NCBI RefSeq assembly: GCF_963921235.1
Contig: NC_086108.1
Location: forward strand, 54,438,001-54,502,000
DNA: 64,000 nt
Direction: 5' to 3'
DNA from: Mobula hypostoma
Lineage: Eukaryota
Shown: positions 50,300 through 63,800 of the stretch, one piece after another
Layout: every line of letters starts with the position of its first letter
Position numbering within the stretch: the stretch's first letter is position 1
Position numbers and translations under genes: made by a program
Notes under the pieces: model-generated
Told to the model about the DNA's origin: nothing
Seen by the model: the letters and a program-made list of their open reading frames with translations, nothing else
Databases searched by the model: none

Positions 50300-52194
50300 A
50301 ACCAATGTGCAAAAGACACATCACTAATTCCACACAGAGAATGGCTAAAACGTTTAGGGTGGATGCACTCAACAGTGCAAGTTTTTAAATATCACAGTGC
50401 GATCATTATTGTCAAATCCCCTATCTGGCTATGAAATATTAATTTCACATAAATACAGACAATGCAGAAAAAACTCATGAGGTCAGGGTGGATCTGTGGA
50501 AAGAAAAACAGATTGATCTTTTCACAATGAAATAACCCAAATCAACTTGCTGAGCACAGCAGATTTCAGCTACCTACCCACTATTTGGGACAACTTTTGA
50601 AGAACATAAACTAAATCGAGAAAATAACCAGGACTCCCTTAGTTTATTTGGGCACTATGCCACTTAATTGGGACAGGAGACTGTTGCTTAACAGTTTCCA
50701 ACTAATGTCAATTGCATGGCAATTAGATACTACACTGTGCTTAGAGCAAACAGTTTTTAAAATAGTTTTGGTACTTGTGTTTGTGTTCAAAAAGCAGTGA
50801 TTTTTTTGTCACTGATAGTTGGTGAGAAACAACAGCAAGACAATTTAGAGCTGTTTTGATCACTGCAGTTTCAAGCATTCAGGCTTGGCAATGCCAGAAA
50901 TGGCCAGGAATGAAAATGAAACGATTTCACTACTTCAACTGGTTAGGAATTATGAAAATCAACAGTCATCTTGTACGTTACAATGAAAGTGAAGAGTTGG
51001 ATGATATTGTGTAGGCAGAAGAGATTCGTTTAGTTAGACATTTGAGTACTAATTTAATTAGCTTGACACAACACTGTGAGCCGAATGGCCTGTTCATGTA
51101 CTGTACTGTTCTATGTTCTAGGATCACTATTGCTCCCTATCAATGCCACTTTGTTTCTGATTAAGCAACACAAACCTGATTTGTAAATTCCTAATCCACT
51201 CTTATTTACAGAACTGGTTTGAGTAGTTGAAATACACTGTTGATCTATTTCTGTTTTGCTATGCAACTCCACCTATTAAATAGCATTCTGTATACATTAG
51301 GTATGCAATCTGTCTGGCTGTCAGATTCTTGTTTTGCAAAAACTGCCATTTAAATGTACATTGTTTCTCTCAGCCAGAACAGATACTTTTTTGTACAACT
51401 AGTTAAGTGCACTACATACCGGGGTCACAGTGTGCAGTAAATGGTGAAATTAAATGCAGGTTAAATGAGCACTTTGAAGATTGCACCCATTCCATCTGCA
51501 AGAATGAGTTGAAGTTTCAATCCTTTCTCCTACCACTGCTCTGACATGCCTATGTTTTATACTCTTACACTGTTTCAATAAAGTCCAATGAGCCTCAGGA
51601 ATAAGTAATCAATTTCTGATACTCTAATTCCTAGCAATTTCCTCATGTGCCAAAACTCTAGATTAGTCATTGGACATTGGGCTCCTCTTTTTTTTAACCT
51701 GAATTTACATCAATTAAGCTCTCAAAGAGAAATTTGGGAAAAAAATTATGCTTCAAATTGTAATTACATATTTCCTCAAAAAATGGAAATAAATTTTATT
51801 TCCCAATTAAATATGCTCTTGATATCTATTTTGTTTATCAAAAAAACTGTTTGGTTATAGAATGTGAGACTATTTGCTTTATGAAGACTTTATGTAGACT
51901 TGGATTTCTAAAGAAAATAACATTCAAAAATCTGCATGTAAGAAAGTTTTAGATATAGCAAGTCTGAGTGTTTACTAGACTCAAAACACACTAAACTCAT
52001 GAGTAGCTGGGAGTTTCTGAAGGGTCTGTGCCCATGTTATCTAATCTATGATGAACAATTTCATCATACCTGGACAATTCATCAAAAGAGAAATGCTAAT
52101 ATGTACAGGAGACAGAGGCCAAGACATAACTCTGTTTATCTACTGCTGCTTTTTAAAATATGAAATACATTTATTAACCTTCAAACTCTTAAAC

Positions 52195-53643
52195 CAGCTT
52201 TTCTCAATCTTTTTGCCCTGGAGGAACCCTTGAAATAATTTTCAGGTCTCAGGGAACCCCTGCATAAAAATTACATTTACCGCACATTAGCGTGACCAGT
52301 AAATTGTAGATATAATAATCCAAAAATAATTGTCATTGCTCTTCTGAGTAGAGAATGAATTTTTAGCCAACCCTTCTTGAAAAAAAAAAGGTAGTTAAGC
52401 CTAACTTACCTTTCTTGAAATAAATCTATTTCATATCTTTTCATAAAATTAAAAAACTCACAAGGCAAACATAATAAATTTCTGTTAAATAACTGGCTTA
52501 ACCCAAAATGGAATTTAGTTTCTTTTAAAAGGTAGGCTTGGTAAATTTAATTTAAATGAAGGTTGTAAATGGATTTTAATTTATGCTATTTACAGCATGA
52601 AAATTTACTGACCATGTTGAATACTAAAGTTACTAAAGACCATAAGGAATATCAATAAAACTATAGCTTAAGACACAATTTTATATAAGGCTTTGGAAAA
52701 ACATTTTCTTACTAAGTGACATGATTAGGCTCAAATATAGGTAGGCCTAGCATGTGAAACCTTGGTTTGTTTTCTGCTGCACAAATACTAAATTCTGGGT
52801 TGAACTTGAGATAAACACACATGGATTTCAGCTTCAACTGAAATGAGATGATTTCTATCCTTGTTCTTGATGCTTATTAAACCAGAAAAAGCTTGCTCAC
52901 ACATGCAAGAAGTTGAAAACTGCAGCAAAATGTCCATTACTTTCCTATACTCTTCTTTCACAGAAAATCAGAAGTTGCCCAGGGGCAGGTCAGTAAATTT
53001 CATCTTGAGTACACGATCAGACCGCAACTCAAAGTTCTTCCTCTTCTCTCAAAGTCAAGTTCTCAGGCTGAGCAGAAGATACAAAGAAAGGGTCCCTCAC
53101 CCAGTCATATGCTTGTGTTGAAAGCGAGGGAAAATACTGTTCAATTTTGTTCTGCAGTTCTCCCAGGTGGTTTTCAATAAGACTTGAGACTTCGTGATAT
53201 CCTTCCTCATTCTCAAGCCCAAGCAGCAGTGGAAACATTTCAAGATTTCCTTTTGCAACATGATTTTTCCAAAGATTCAGTTTCCTTTTAAATACAAGAA
53301 TCTTGTCACTTGAAGTCAAAACATTTTCTCCAGGGTCTTGCAGAGACTTGTTCAACGGGTTCATATGATGAAAAATGTCTGCTAAGTAGGAGAGTTTCTG
53401 CAGCCATTCTTCATCTTCGCACTCAGCAAAATCTGGTCTACCATTTTCTTGAAAGTAGCGCTCACCAATGATCAGTGGCTCCTGAGCTCAGCCACACTGG
53501 GCTGACAGACCTCTAACGAGATTGCTAACGGGTCTGCCTGGCTACTGCCGCCACTGCGAACACTAGCACTGCACAAAGTTCAAAAACAGTATCTATTTTT
53601 TTAAAATCACAATCTCTCGCAGAACCCTGGTTTAGAACCTCTG
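52195..53643 (-). mobile_element. hAT Charlie/Buster-like element with transposase remnant
   Basis: TSD tcttaaac / ccttaaac; WLQKLSYLADIF..MN.LNKSLQ...FKRKLNLW...WVRDPF (ZBED5/FAM200-like). Confidence 0.85.
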
Positions 53644-53703
53644 CCTTAAACCACAACTCAACAACAGATTTAGAAAAACACATTTACAATAATGATAGTT
53701 ATA

Positions 53704-54366
53704 CAGGTTGAACGCCCCTTATCCGGAATGCTTGGGGCAAAAGTGTTCCAGATTTGGATTTTGGAACATATAGTTTGGGATTGCCTTCATTTCCGACAGT
53801 TTATGTGCTACTGGTAAGCAGTCTTCATCTTATGTTTGTTCTATCACACATAAGTACTGATGTAGCTGTTGAACATTTTAGATTTTCATCAGTGACAATC
53901 TTGACAAGCTCCTTAATGAATTTCTCCGCAGTTTCTTGATCAGTAGACTCTTTATCACCACAAATCTTTACAAATGTAATGCTCTGCCTTTTCTTAAATT
54001 TCTGCAATCAGCCTGAATATTCACAATTACCTTCAGTTTGTCATGATAGATCATGATGATCAGCATACCATTAAGCAGCATAGCTTCACTCCAATGCTGA
54101 AGAACCTACCCTTTCAATACACAATCAAGATCTCAATTTTTCGCTTTATGCAGTGTTTTTCTATTTGTTATTAACTTCTGTATATTACACACGTCAGGTC
54201 ACTTCTCAGAACTGTCTGTAATGTGCAGAAACCTATGCATCACCTAGGAACCTTCCCAACACCTTGTGGAATTTTCTATCTGTGATGTCATGCCAGTGCT
54301 CAAGAAACATTCAAGATTTCCCATGTTTTCAGAGGTTGGATTTTTGGATAAGGGGTACTCAATCTG
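53704..54366 (-). mobile_element. Tigger/jerky-like non-autonomous element
   Basis: TA-flanked TIRs caggttgaacgccccttatcc / ggataaggggtactcaatctg; LQKFKKRQSI..KICGDK remnant. Confidence 0.85.
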
Positions 54367-55079
54367 TAATACTAAATAAACATCACCAACCTGAATTACT
54401 GCTGACCAAAAGATACATCAGGTTTGGAATTCCTGTTCAAGTATGCATAAACAGAAATGCACTGGCTTACCACAACTTTCCTGACTGTTCCTGGGTTCCT
54501 GATGAAGTTCAGCAGCAAAGTACAATGTTCCAATAAATCTCCAGCCTGTACTATGTGGAACACACTCAGATAAACCTGGTTGGACCTGGCACCTAAATAA
54601 TATCTCCTTTAATTGAATGGAGAGTATGGGCCAAGTTTTGCTTAATTTACATTTTTTTGATAATTATGAGTTATTTAAATATTTTAATGTTTCAATTGTT
54701 TTGTTTTTGCTTCTAAAAACTGATTGTCTTAATAGCTTCAGATTTTTTTTTTACAAATTTCTGATGATCAGAAACATTTACAATACTTTGACCATGCTAT
54801 CACTTGGCCATGCCAAGGGCCACATTTAGCCAGCTATCAAAGCTGCTTTCTTAGCATTTTTGCAGCTCGATCTGTCCCTACCCAACACGTCAAGATTTAT
54901 GCCCAATAAACATTGCAACTATGCAGGGCCTAGTCTTTTGAGAATAAGATAGCATTTTGTTTGAACTATTGCCAGTGTGCATCATCAATTATAGAAGCAT
55001 TATATTTGATTACATTAACAGAGCAGATTTAGATTATTTAATGTCAGCATCTAATTACTGCAATTTCAAAAACTGCTCT

Positions 55080-56785
55080 CCATGACTATTGAGATGGTTT
55101 GTATTTCATCATTGCCTTCAGAGTTCAATGTACTCACAATCTTATCCGTCATATAAAACTTCCCAATCCAATTTTATAGCCATCTCTTTAGCTTTAACAT
55201 ATAAGTTCACTATGTCCAATATGTCAACCGGAGAAGTGTCACATCTGAACATTTGCTCTCTAAACACATTATCTCACCATCAATGACACCCTTTCCTTGG
55301 TTTCTGTACACTGAAATACTCTTAAGCAGTTCACTTGCAAAATTTTAATTTACCAGACATTATCCTTGTATTCTGCATTTAACTTTAACTTAACCACACT
55401 CTTGCCTTCACCTACTTCCCTTAATTCCAAACAAAACCATTATACTTGTTTACTCTGTCAGTGTGCACTTATGCCAAGACTTGAACAGATATGCCAAATA
55501 ATGGGTTTAGTAATTTACCACCAGCTAAAACCACTCATAACTACAGACACATCCACGCTGCTAATGTAACCATATTCTTCTCTACTGCAAACCACCTGCA
55601 TAAACCCCAGACATCTTGAATACAAAACTCTGTGAGCTTATTTTCAATAACTTGGAGACCATCTAATCAACTAACTCTGCCACAACTTTTCCTTCTCCTT
55701 GCCTGCCAGGGTGAACTTTCATTGCTTACCCCTACAAGTTCCTCATTTCAATTTGAACAGCTTCCTTCCTATGTCCCTACATGCCTTATCAAGCTGAATA
55801 AGCTCTCCAAACTCTCTTCCTGTTCTTGTGACCTCATTTCCATAAAACAGATAACCACTCAAGTGCTCACTTTTGTCTCCATATTAGCTAAAAGTACTGA
55901 GAGTTTATGCTCAAACACTATCATTTAAATATACCATCATCATCTTTCTCCTACGGTGGAAAAAAAATCAAACCTCAAATCTATCAGAACGAATTATTCT
56001 CTTCCCAGTTTCCCTTTCCTCCCAGAAGTCCTTGAAATTGTAACAGCCTCCCACTTTTATGCCCGTCCACTACTACTACTATGTTGACTCAGGCCTAGGG
56101 GGCCAGCATCGGGCCCGTCCAAGACAGAACTATTTGTCTGAACCCCTGCCGTCGTGCAGAAAGAGCTAATGACAACCAATAAGACCATGGAAGAGGAAAT
56201 CTATTCTTCATAACTTGTCATATTGCTTTGGCAACCTCACTTCAAAACCTCTCTATCATTATCCAGCTGAATGAGGCTACACTCGCCTGGCTCCTTTCTT
56301 ACCTATACATTCTTACTCAGAAATCAACCACAATGGCTCCTCTGCTCACCCAAGTAGAATTTTATCCAGTGTCTCTCAAGGATTTGTTACAACTCCTCCA
56401 CATAAACATTATCTAAACAGGGAAGTACCAGATTTCACCTCTGCCTTACTTCTTGACCTCTGCACACCATTGTCGACATTGTTTGTCCAGGAATCTCCTG
56501 GGGAGTCCAAAACCTTCCACTAAACACTGGTGAGTACAAAAAACTTCCATTTTGGTTATTTCAACAAACTTGATTCCTTACTCACTAATTTTCCTTGGGA
56601 AGTATTCAAAACCAGAGAGTTTGGAATTTGCGGTCTTATTTCACACCACGGTGCTCACATATTCATTCTACCATTAAGCCTGTCTACTTCCACCTCCATA
56701 TATCTGCTCCCACTTCAGCTCATCTCTTGTTGACATCTCATCTGCATTTTACCATCTCTAGGCTTGACTATTCCAACAACTAGAC
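55080..56785 (+). mobile_element. Very old L2-like LINE
   Basis: Patchy remnants (SSCSCDLI, ISRLDYSN). Confidence 0.5.
56070..56112 (-). mobile_element. 43-bp 3' tip of the RTE-like LINE with TSD gcccgtcca
   Basis: Matches the ends of the copies at 15826 and 32097; TSD at 56061-56069 / 56113-56121. Confidence 0.85.
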
Positions 56786-58099
56786 ACGAGCCTCTAAATT
56801 GAGCATTCAGCTTTGGTGCAGATGAAATGAATTCCAGTTACAATTCTTGCTGTAATTATGTTGAGATTATACCTGGAGTACAACGCGTAGTTTTGACCTA
56901 CCTAAAAAAAGAGGCTATAGTTGCCATGGGGAGAGTTCACTGAATACTTAAAATACTTGAATACTTGAAAACTTAAAATATTATTACAGGGCTTGAGAGG
57001 ATGGACATTAATTCTCCAGTTAAGGAATCCAGGGGAGAAATGGTCTCTTTACTTAAGCAGAACAAACCTTTGGAAATTTCTACCATGGTGGCTATGGAGG
57101 CCGAAATATTCAAAACAATAATGCATATTTTTCTGATTGTTCGAAGGATATGGGGATAGGGCAGGAAAATACCACTTGAGGTAGAAAATCAGCAAGATCT
57201 TCCCAAATAGCTGAAAAGGTCTAAAAGTTCAAATGGATTCCTCCTGCCAATTGATTTCGCTCTTTAACCCATTTTGTTTGTATATGGTGGGTGAAAGCAA
57301 ACTACTGTTCAGCTATATCATGTCACAAATGATCCTACACTCACTTTTTCCAAATCTTCAATGAAGATTAGCTCTGTGAATATCAGATTTGTAGAAAGAT
57401 ACCAAATTAAAAGTAAATATAAAAATGGAGTAAGAGAACTGAACATTAAAAGACAAATTCAAATGTCTGATTTATGGAACTGCCATCCAATCCCAGAGAA
57501 AACCCTGATGACTCAACATTCATCAACAAGGAGCCCTGAGGCAAAAGAGATGGTTATTTTTGGCAATGGAGTTTCACCCTTCAGAAGGCTCTGCACTACA
57601 GTTAGCTATAGCCTGGCTCATGCCAGAGGCATCTCTCAAATCTTCACCACAAAACAAGGGCAGCAAACACATGGGGAACATAATTAATTGGAAGTATCTT
57701 TCAAACAACATCGATACAGAATTTCCTTCTTTAGAAGCATTCTACCAGTTCAGAGCAATGACTCACCACCTTGATGTCCTCAATGGCAATTGGGCAATAC
57801 TTGTTAGCTTTGCCAGCAACACCCACATTCAATAAACATAAAAATATACTGCAAGTGCTAGGCCAGAACCCAAGCAATCTACCACTGATCTAATTTCCAA
57901 TGCTTTCAACTACATCTACAACTGAAAAGAGCAGAAATGCACCAAACAGGCAATAAGTTCACAAAGATATCCAAGATAATAATGGGCAAAAAAAATTTAA
58001 CCCATCTTGATTCATCCAGCTAGAGGGATCCTAAAATCCAACAAAACCTCAGCTACACAGATTCCAATGTTTACTTATTCTGCATTTCACATATATATA

Positions 58100-58392
58100 G
58101 GCATCCATTAGTCTCGTGACCATGGATTTGCGCCTTGGAAGGTTTCCAAGGCGCAAGCCTGGGCAAGGTTGTATGGAAGACCGGCAGTTGCCCATGCTGC
58201 AAGTTTCTCCTCTCCACGCCATTGATATTGTCCAAGGGAAGGGCACTAGGGCCGATACAGCTTGGCACTGGTGTCGTCGCACAGTAATGTGTGGTTAAGT
58301 GCCTTACTCAAGGACACAGCACACTGCCTCAGCTGAGGCTCGAACTAGCAACCTTCAGATCACTAGATTGATGCCTTAGCCACTTGGCTACT
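58100..58392 (-). mobile_element. tRNA-derived CORE-type SINE with RTE-like tail
   Basis: A-box tagccaagtgg; B-box agttcgagcc; CORE-like tgtgtccttgagtaaggcacttaacc. Confidence 0.7.
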
Positions 58393-58627
58393 GGTCATTA
58401 TATACATAAAGAATTTTCCCGATGTCATATCCCAAAAGTTACCAAAATAGAATTAGATGCCCTTCTTACATGCACATTTGTTATATTCCAAATCAACGTT
58501 TTTTGTACTCAAAACTAAGGTCACCCTGAGAAACCTTCTTTCCAGTCATGATGGCCATACTTTTTCAAGCTCTTCTTTCATAATACTGATACCAAGTACC
58601 ATCTGGCTGCCAACCAGTGCACAAATA

Positions 58628-59580
58628 GGTCAAGATGGTCAAGATTGTTTAATGTCATTTCCAGTACAAGTGTAAAGGAGAACGAGGTATTTGTTACTCC
58701 AGATCCAATGCAGCACACAAAAAATACAATAATAGATATAAATACACAAGCTAGCTTATATACATACATTGAATGCATGTCCATAAGGTGACACTAGGCA
58801 CAGGAGTGTCGCCACTCAAGGTGACCGACAGGAAGAAAGTAGTGGGGGGGGGGGGTTGTGGAGGGGTGAATGGAGATGTTAATCAGCCTTATTACTTGGG
58901 GAAAGAAAATGTTTTTGAGTCTGATGGTCCTGGATGGATGCTACTAGTCTCCTCCCTGATGGGAGTGGAACAAACTGTCCATGAGCAGGCTGGGCGGGAT
59001 CCTTCATGATTTTAATGGTCCGTTTCTGGCACCATTCCGCATACATGTTCTTGATAGCCGATTGGCTGGTACTGGTGATGCATTAAGCAGTTTTGACTAC
59101 CTGTTGCAGAGCCTTGCTGTCCACCACAGTGAATGAGGCAGCATGCTGAAGTGCTCTCTACTGCGCATCTATAGAATAATGCGAGTATAGATGTGCATAG
59201 TCCAAGCTCTCTTCAGTCTCCTCAGAATGGAGGCATTGGTGAGCTTTCCTGATTATGTGGAATGGACTCTGGGACCATGAGAGGTTGTGCGAGATGTGCA
59301 TCTCCAGGAGTTTGAAACTGCTCACAGTTTCTTTTGCTGTGCCGCTGACATAAAGAGGAGCATGAGTGGTGCGGGTTCTCCTGAAGTTGATAACCATCTC
59401 TTTTGTCTTGTTGACATTAAGGAAGAGGTTATTTGCCTTTCTCCAGCCTCGAGCTCTCCCACCTCTACCCTGCATACCGTCTCATAATTGTTGGTGATAA
59501 GCCCCACCACTGTCGTGTCATTGGTGAACTTGACAATATGACTACTCAGGTATTTGGCTGTGCAGTCATGTGTAGGTAGT
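58628..59580 (-). mobile_element. Rex1/Babar-like LINE 3' fragment
   Basis: IVKFTNDTTVVGLI; NNLFLNVNKTKEMVINFRR. Confidence 0.8.
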
Positions 59581-59664
59581 TTTACTTTTTTTAAAAAACA
59601 TATCCCCCTGTTGTCATGAAACAGCAAATGTCATGACATAGGTCAGTGATATTAAACCTGATTC

Positions 59665-59915
59665 TGATTCACCTCCCTCTGGTGCTTCCCCTCTTTGTTT
59701 TCTTTTCTTCTATGGCCTCTGTCTCTTTCACCAATCAACTTCCTAGCTCTTTGCTTCATCCCTCCCCCTCCAAGTTTCATCTATTGCCTGGCATTTCTCT
59801 CTCCCCTCCCCCCACCCTCTACTCCTCAGCTTTTTCTCTTCAGTCCTGCTGAAGGGTTTCAGCCCAAACATCGACTGTACTTTTTTCTATAGATGCTGCC
59901 AGCATTTTGTTTGTG
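59665..59915 (+). mobile_element. Penelope-like 3' end with decayed hammerhead (about 59841-59877)
   Basis: C/T-rich UTR, then cagtcctgctgaagggtttcagcccaaacatcgactg. Confidence 0.7.
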
Positions 59916-60079
59916 TGTGTGTGTGTGCGCGCGCGTGCACGCACGCGCTGCTCTGATTCCATTTGATTATTTTGTGTGTGTGTTGCTCTGATTCTATTCG
60001 ATTATTTAGTGTGTGTGTTGTTCTGATTCTATTCAATTATTTAGTGTGTGTTTTGCTCTGATTCTATTTGATTATTTTG
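59913..60079. repeat. Alternating purine-pyrimidine run followed by a 35-bp tandem repeat (about 3.7 copies)
   Basis: (GT)n(GC)n; unit tgctctgattctattcgattatttagtgtgtgtgt. Confidence 0.9.
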
Positions 60080-60874
60080 ACTAAGTATTTTATCCCGATA
60101 GTTTTTCCAGCACTAATCTTTATTACATGCCTGATTTTTATAGCATGCCTGCAGAAGGCTTCTTTGGCTTTTGCAATTTTAGACATACCCAGCCTCCACA
60201 AGGTAGTTAAATGGTTTCATATACGTCTGCAAGAACAGAACATCTTTCAACTTATTAGCATTAAGCTAATCATCATATTTTATGGATCCCCAAGTATAAC
60301 AACATTTGTATTCAGTTTGTTTGTCTGAAGTAGATAACTAAGTAAAGCTTGCTAGCAGGAAGATGCAATTGACCTCTTCTTGGAATACCACATTTTTCTG
60401 TTAGCTGATTAGAACCAACATACATTAAATGATGAATACCTGGAAAATTATTCTGTTAAATAGAGGAATGTTGCACCATAAGACAACCGTGCTGCTCCAG
60501 TGTGTGCCGTATGAGGTCATTCCTACGCTCAGCCATTAATCTCTATAATGAGTCAACTTATAGATGGGGAAGTGATGACTCCCTTGCTGTTAAGACTGTT
60601 TGTGGTATTTTTTTTAATCCTTTCTACTTCTCTTCTTATATTTATATCAGTGCACCTGTAATGCTACTGTGATACTAATTTCCTTTGGGATCAATTAAGT
60701 ATCTATTTACCCTGTAGCTATGCACTGAAGTATTTGACTACCTCAGTCTTCAGTCAAATATCACAGCAATGATTTTATGGTGTCCTCATAAATTATGTGA
60801 CTTCTTATTCTACTTCATCTCTTCTTTATACAACCTTACAAGTTTTAAACCCTCGAATCATGATGTCACCTAAA

Positions 60875-63800
60875 CCACAAGACCATAAGGCTACTAACCC
60901 CAATGAGCCTGTTCCGCTATTCTATCATGGCTGATTTATTGTCTGTCTCAACCCCATTCTCTGCCTTCTCCCCGTAACCTTTGACACCCTAACAAACAAA
61001 GAATCTGTCGCTCTGGTTTAAATATACTCCTTAACTTGGCCTCCACAGCTATCCACGGCAATGAATTCCACAGACTCTCTACTCTCTGGCTAAATAAATT
61101 CCTCTTCATCTCTGTTCTAAAAGGACGCTCCTCTATTCTGTGGCTGTACCCTCTGGTCCTAGACTCCCCTACTATAGGAAACATCCTCTGCACATCCACT
61201 CTATCTAGGCCTTTTGGTATTCGATAGGTTTCAGTGAAAATCCTCCTCATTCTTCTAAGTTCCAGCGAGTACAGGCCCAAAGCTATTAAACATTCCTCAT
61301 ACGTTAACCCTTTCATTTCCAGAAACATTTGCGTGAACCTCCTCTGGACCTTCTACAATGCTAGTACATCTTTTCTTAGATAAAGGGCCCAATACTGCTT
61401 ACAATATTCTAGCTGCAGTCTGACCAATAAGATGGGTAAGACTTTATAGCCTCATAAAGGCTCAGCATCAAATCTTTGCTCTTACATTATAGTCCTCTCA
61501 AAATGAATGCTAACATTGCATTTGCCTTCCTTACCACCTTTAGGGAATCCTGCACAAGGACTCCCAAGTCCCTCTGCACCTCGGATTTTTGAATTGTCTC
61601 CCCATTTAGACAATAGTCTACACCATTATCCTTCTACTAAAGTGCATGGCCATATACTTCCCTACACCTTATTCCATCTACCACTTTCCCCAATATGTCC
61701 AAGTCCTTCTTCAGATATCCTGCTTCCACAGTACTGCCTGCTTCTCCATCTATCTTTGCATCATCTGTAAACTTGGCCACAAAAGCCATCAAATCAGTCA
61801 TCCAAATCATTGAAATGTAACATGAAAAGAAGCTGCCAACAGCGATTCCTGCAGAACACTACTAGACACTGGCAGTCAACCAGAAAAGGCCACATTTGTT
61901 CCCACTCTTTGCTTCCTGCCAGTCAGCCAATCTTCTATGAACACTAGTATCTTTCCTGTTATACTATGGTCTTTTTATCTTTCTAAGCAGCCTAATGTGC
62001 AGCACTTTGTCAATGGCCTTCTGAAAATCCAAGTAAACAAAATCCAACGCCTATCCTGCCTGTTATTTCCTCAAAGAATTCCAATAGATTTGTCAGGCAA
62101 GATTTTCCATTAAGGAAACCATGCTGACTTTGGCCTACTTTATCATGTGCCTCCAAGTACCCTGAAACATCCTCCTTAATAATGGATTCTAACATCTTCC
62201 CAACCACTGAAATCAGGCTAACAGGGCTATAATCTTCTTTCTTCTGCCTCCCTCCCTTCTCAAAGAGCATAGTGACATTTGCAATATTTCAGTCTTCCAG
62301 AACCATTCCAGAATCTAGTGATCCATGAAAGATAATTTCTAATACCTCCACAATCTCTTCAGTTACCACTTTCAGAACTCTGGGGTGCAGTCCATCTGGT
62401 CCAACTGATTTATTTACCTTCACACCTTTCAACTTCTCAAGGACCCTCTCGTCATTAATAGCAAGAGCATTCACTTCTGCCCCCTGACACACTCAAATTT
62501 CTGGCCTACTGCTATTGTCTTCCACAGTGAAGACTGATGCAAAATACTTAAGTTTGCTTGCCATTTCTTTGTCCCCAGTTACTACCTCTCCAGATTTATT
62601 TTCTAGCAGTCCAATATCTACTCTGCCGCTCTTTTACTCTTTATATATCTTAAAAATATATATTCTCTTTGATATAATTGGGTAGCTTACCTTGATGTTT
62701 TAATTTTTCTCTCTTTATGTTTTTTCTTTGCCTTCTGTTGATTTTTAAAAGCTTCCCCATCATCTAATTTATCTAACCATCTAATTTTTGCAATATCTTA
62801 TGCCCTCTCTTTAGCTTTTATGCTGTCTTTGACATCCCTTGTCAGCCACAATTGTCTCATTCTCCTTTTCGAATACTTATTCATCTTTGGGATGTATCTA
62901 ATCTGTGCCTTCCAAATTGCCCACAGAACTCCAGCCACTGCTGTTCTGCTGTCACCCCTGCTAGTGTCCTGTTCCAATCATCTTTGGCCAGTTCCTCTCT
63001 CATGACTCTGTAATTCTCTTTACTCCATTGTAATACTGATACATCTGACTTCATCCTAAGAGTTCCTTTACCTTAAGCTCCTTAATAAAATCTGGTTCAT
63101 TACACAATGCAGAATTGCCTTTCCCCTAGTGGATTCAAACATGAGCTGCACTAAAATGACATCTCGTAAGCATTCTAAAAAATTCTCTGTCTTGGGATCC
63201 AGCACCAACCTGATTTTCCCAATCTACAGGCATATTGAAATTCCCCATGACTATCATAACATTGCCTTTATTTTGTCTTTTCTATTTCACATTGAAATTT
63301 ATAACCCACATCCTGGCTACTATTCGGGGCTCTGTATATAACGCCCATCAGGGTTCTTTTACCCTTAAAATCCCTGAGGAACTCAGCAGGTCAGGCAGCT
63401 TCTATGGAAGGTCTTAGCCTGAAATGTCGACTGTATTCACTTCCATAGATGCTGTCTGACCTGCTGAGTTCCTCTAGCATTTTGTTTGTGTCGCTTTGGG
63501 TTTCCAGCATCTGCAGAATTTCTTGCGTTTATCCTTCTACCTTACAGTTTCTTAATTCTACCCAGAAGGATTCTTCCAATCCTATGTCACCTCTGCCTGA
63601 GGATTTAATTTCATGTTCTACCAACAGAGCTTCCCCAGGCCCTCTGCCTACCTGTCTGTCCTTTCAATACAAAAGTATATCCTTTGGCTATTGAGCTCCC
63701 AACTGTGATCTTCTTTCAGGCACGTCTCAGTGATGCCCACATGATTCCTGCCCAACTTTAAGATTTATTATTTTGTAGTGTAGTAATTCGGTATGCAGCA

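Noticed and set aside
53029..53364. ZBED5/FAM200-like host gene
   Set aside because: Fragmentary transposase inside TIR/TSD-bounded hAT with stops and frameshifts.
59949..60079. CRISPR-like periodicity
   Set aside because: Head-to-tail tandem units with no unique spacers; eukaryotic context; no cas genes.
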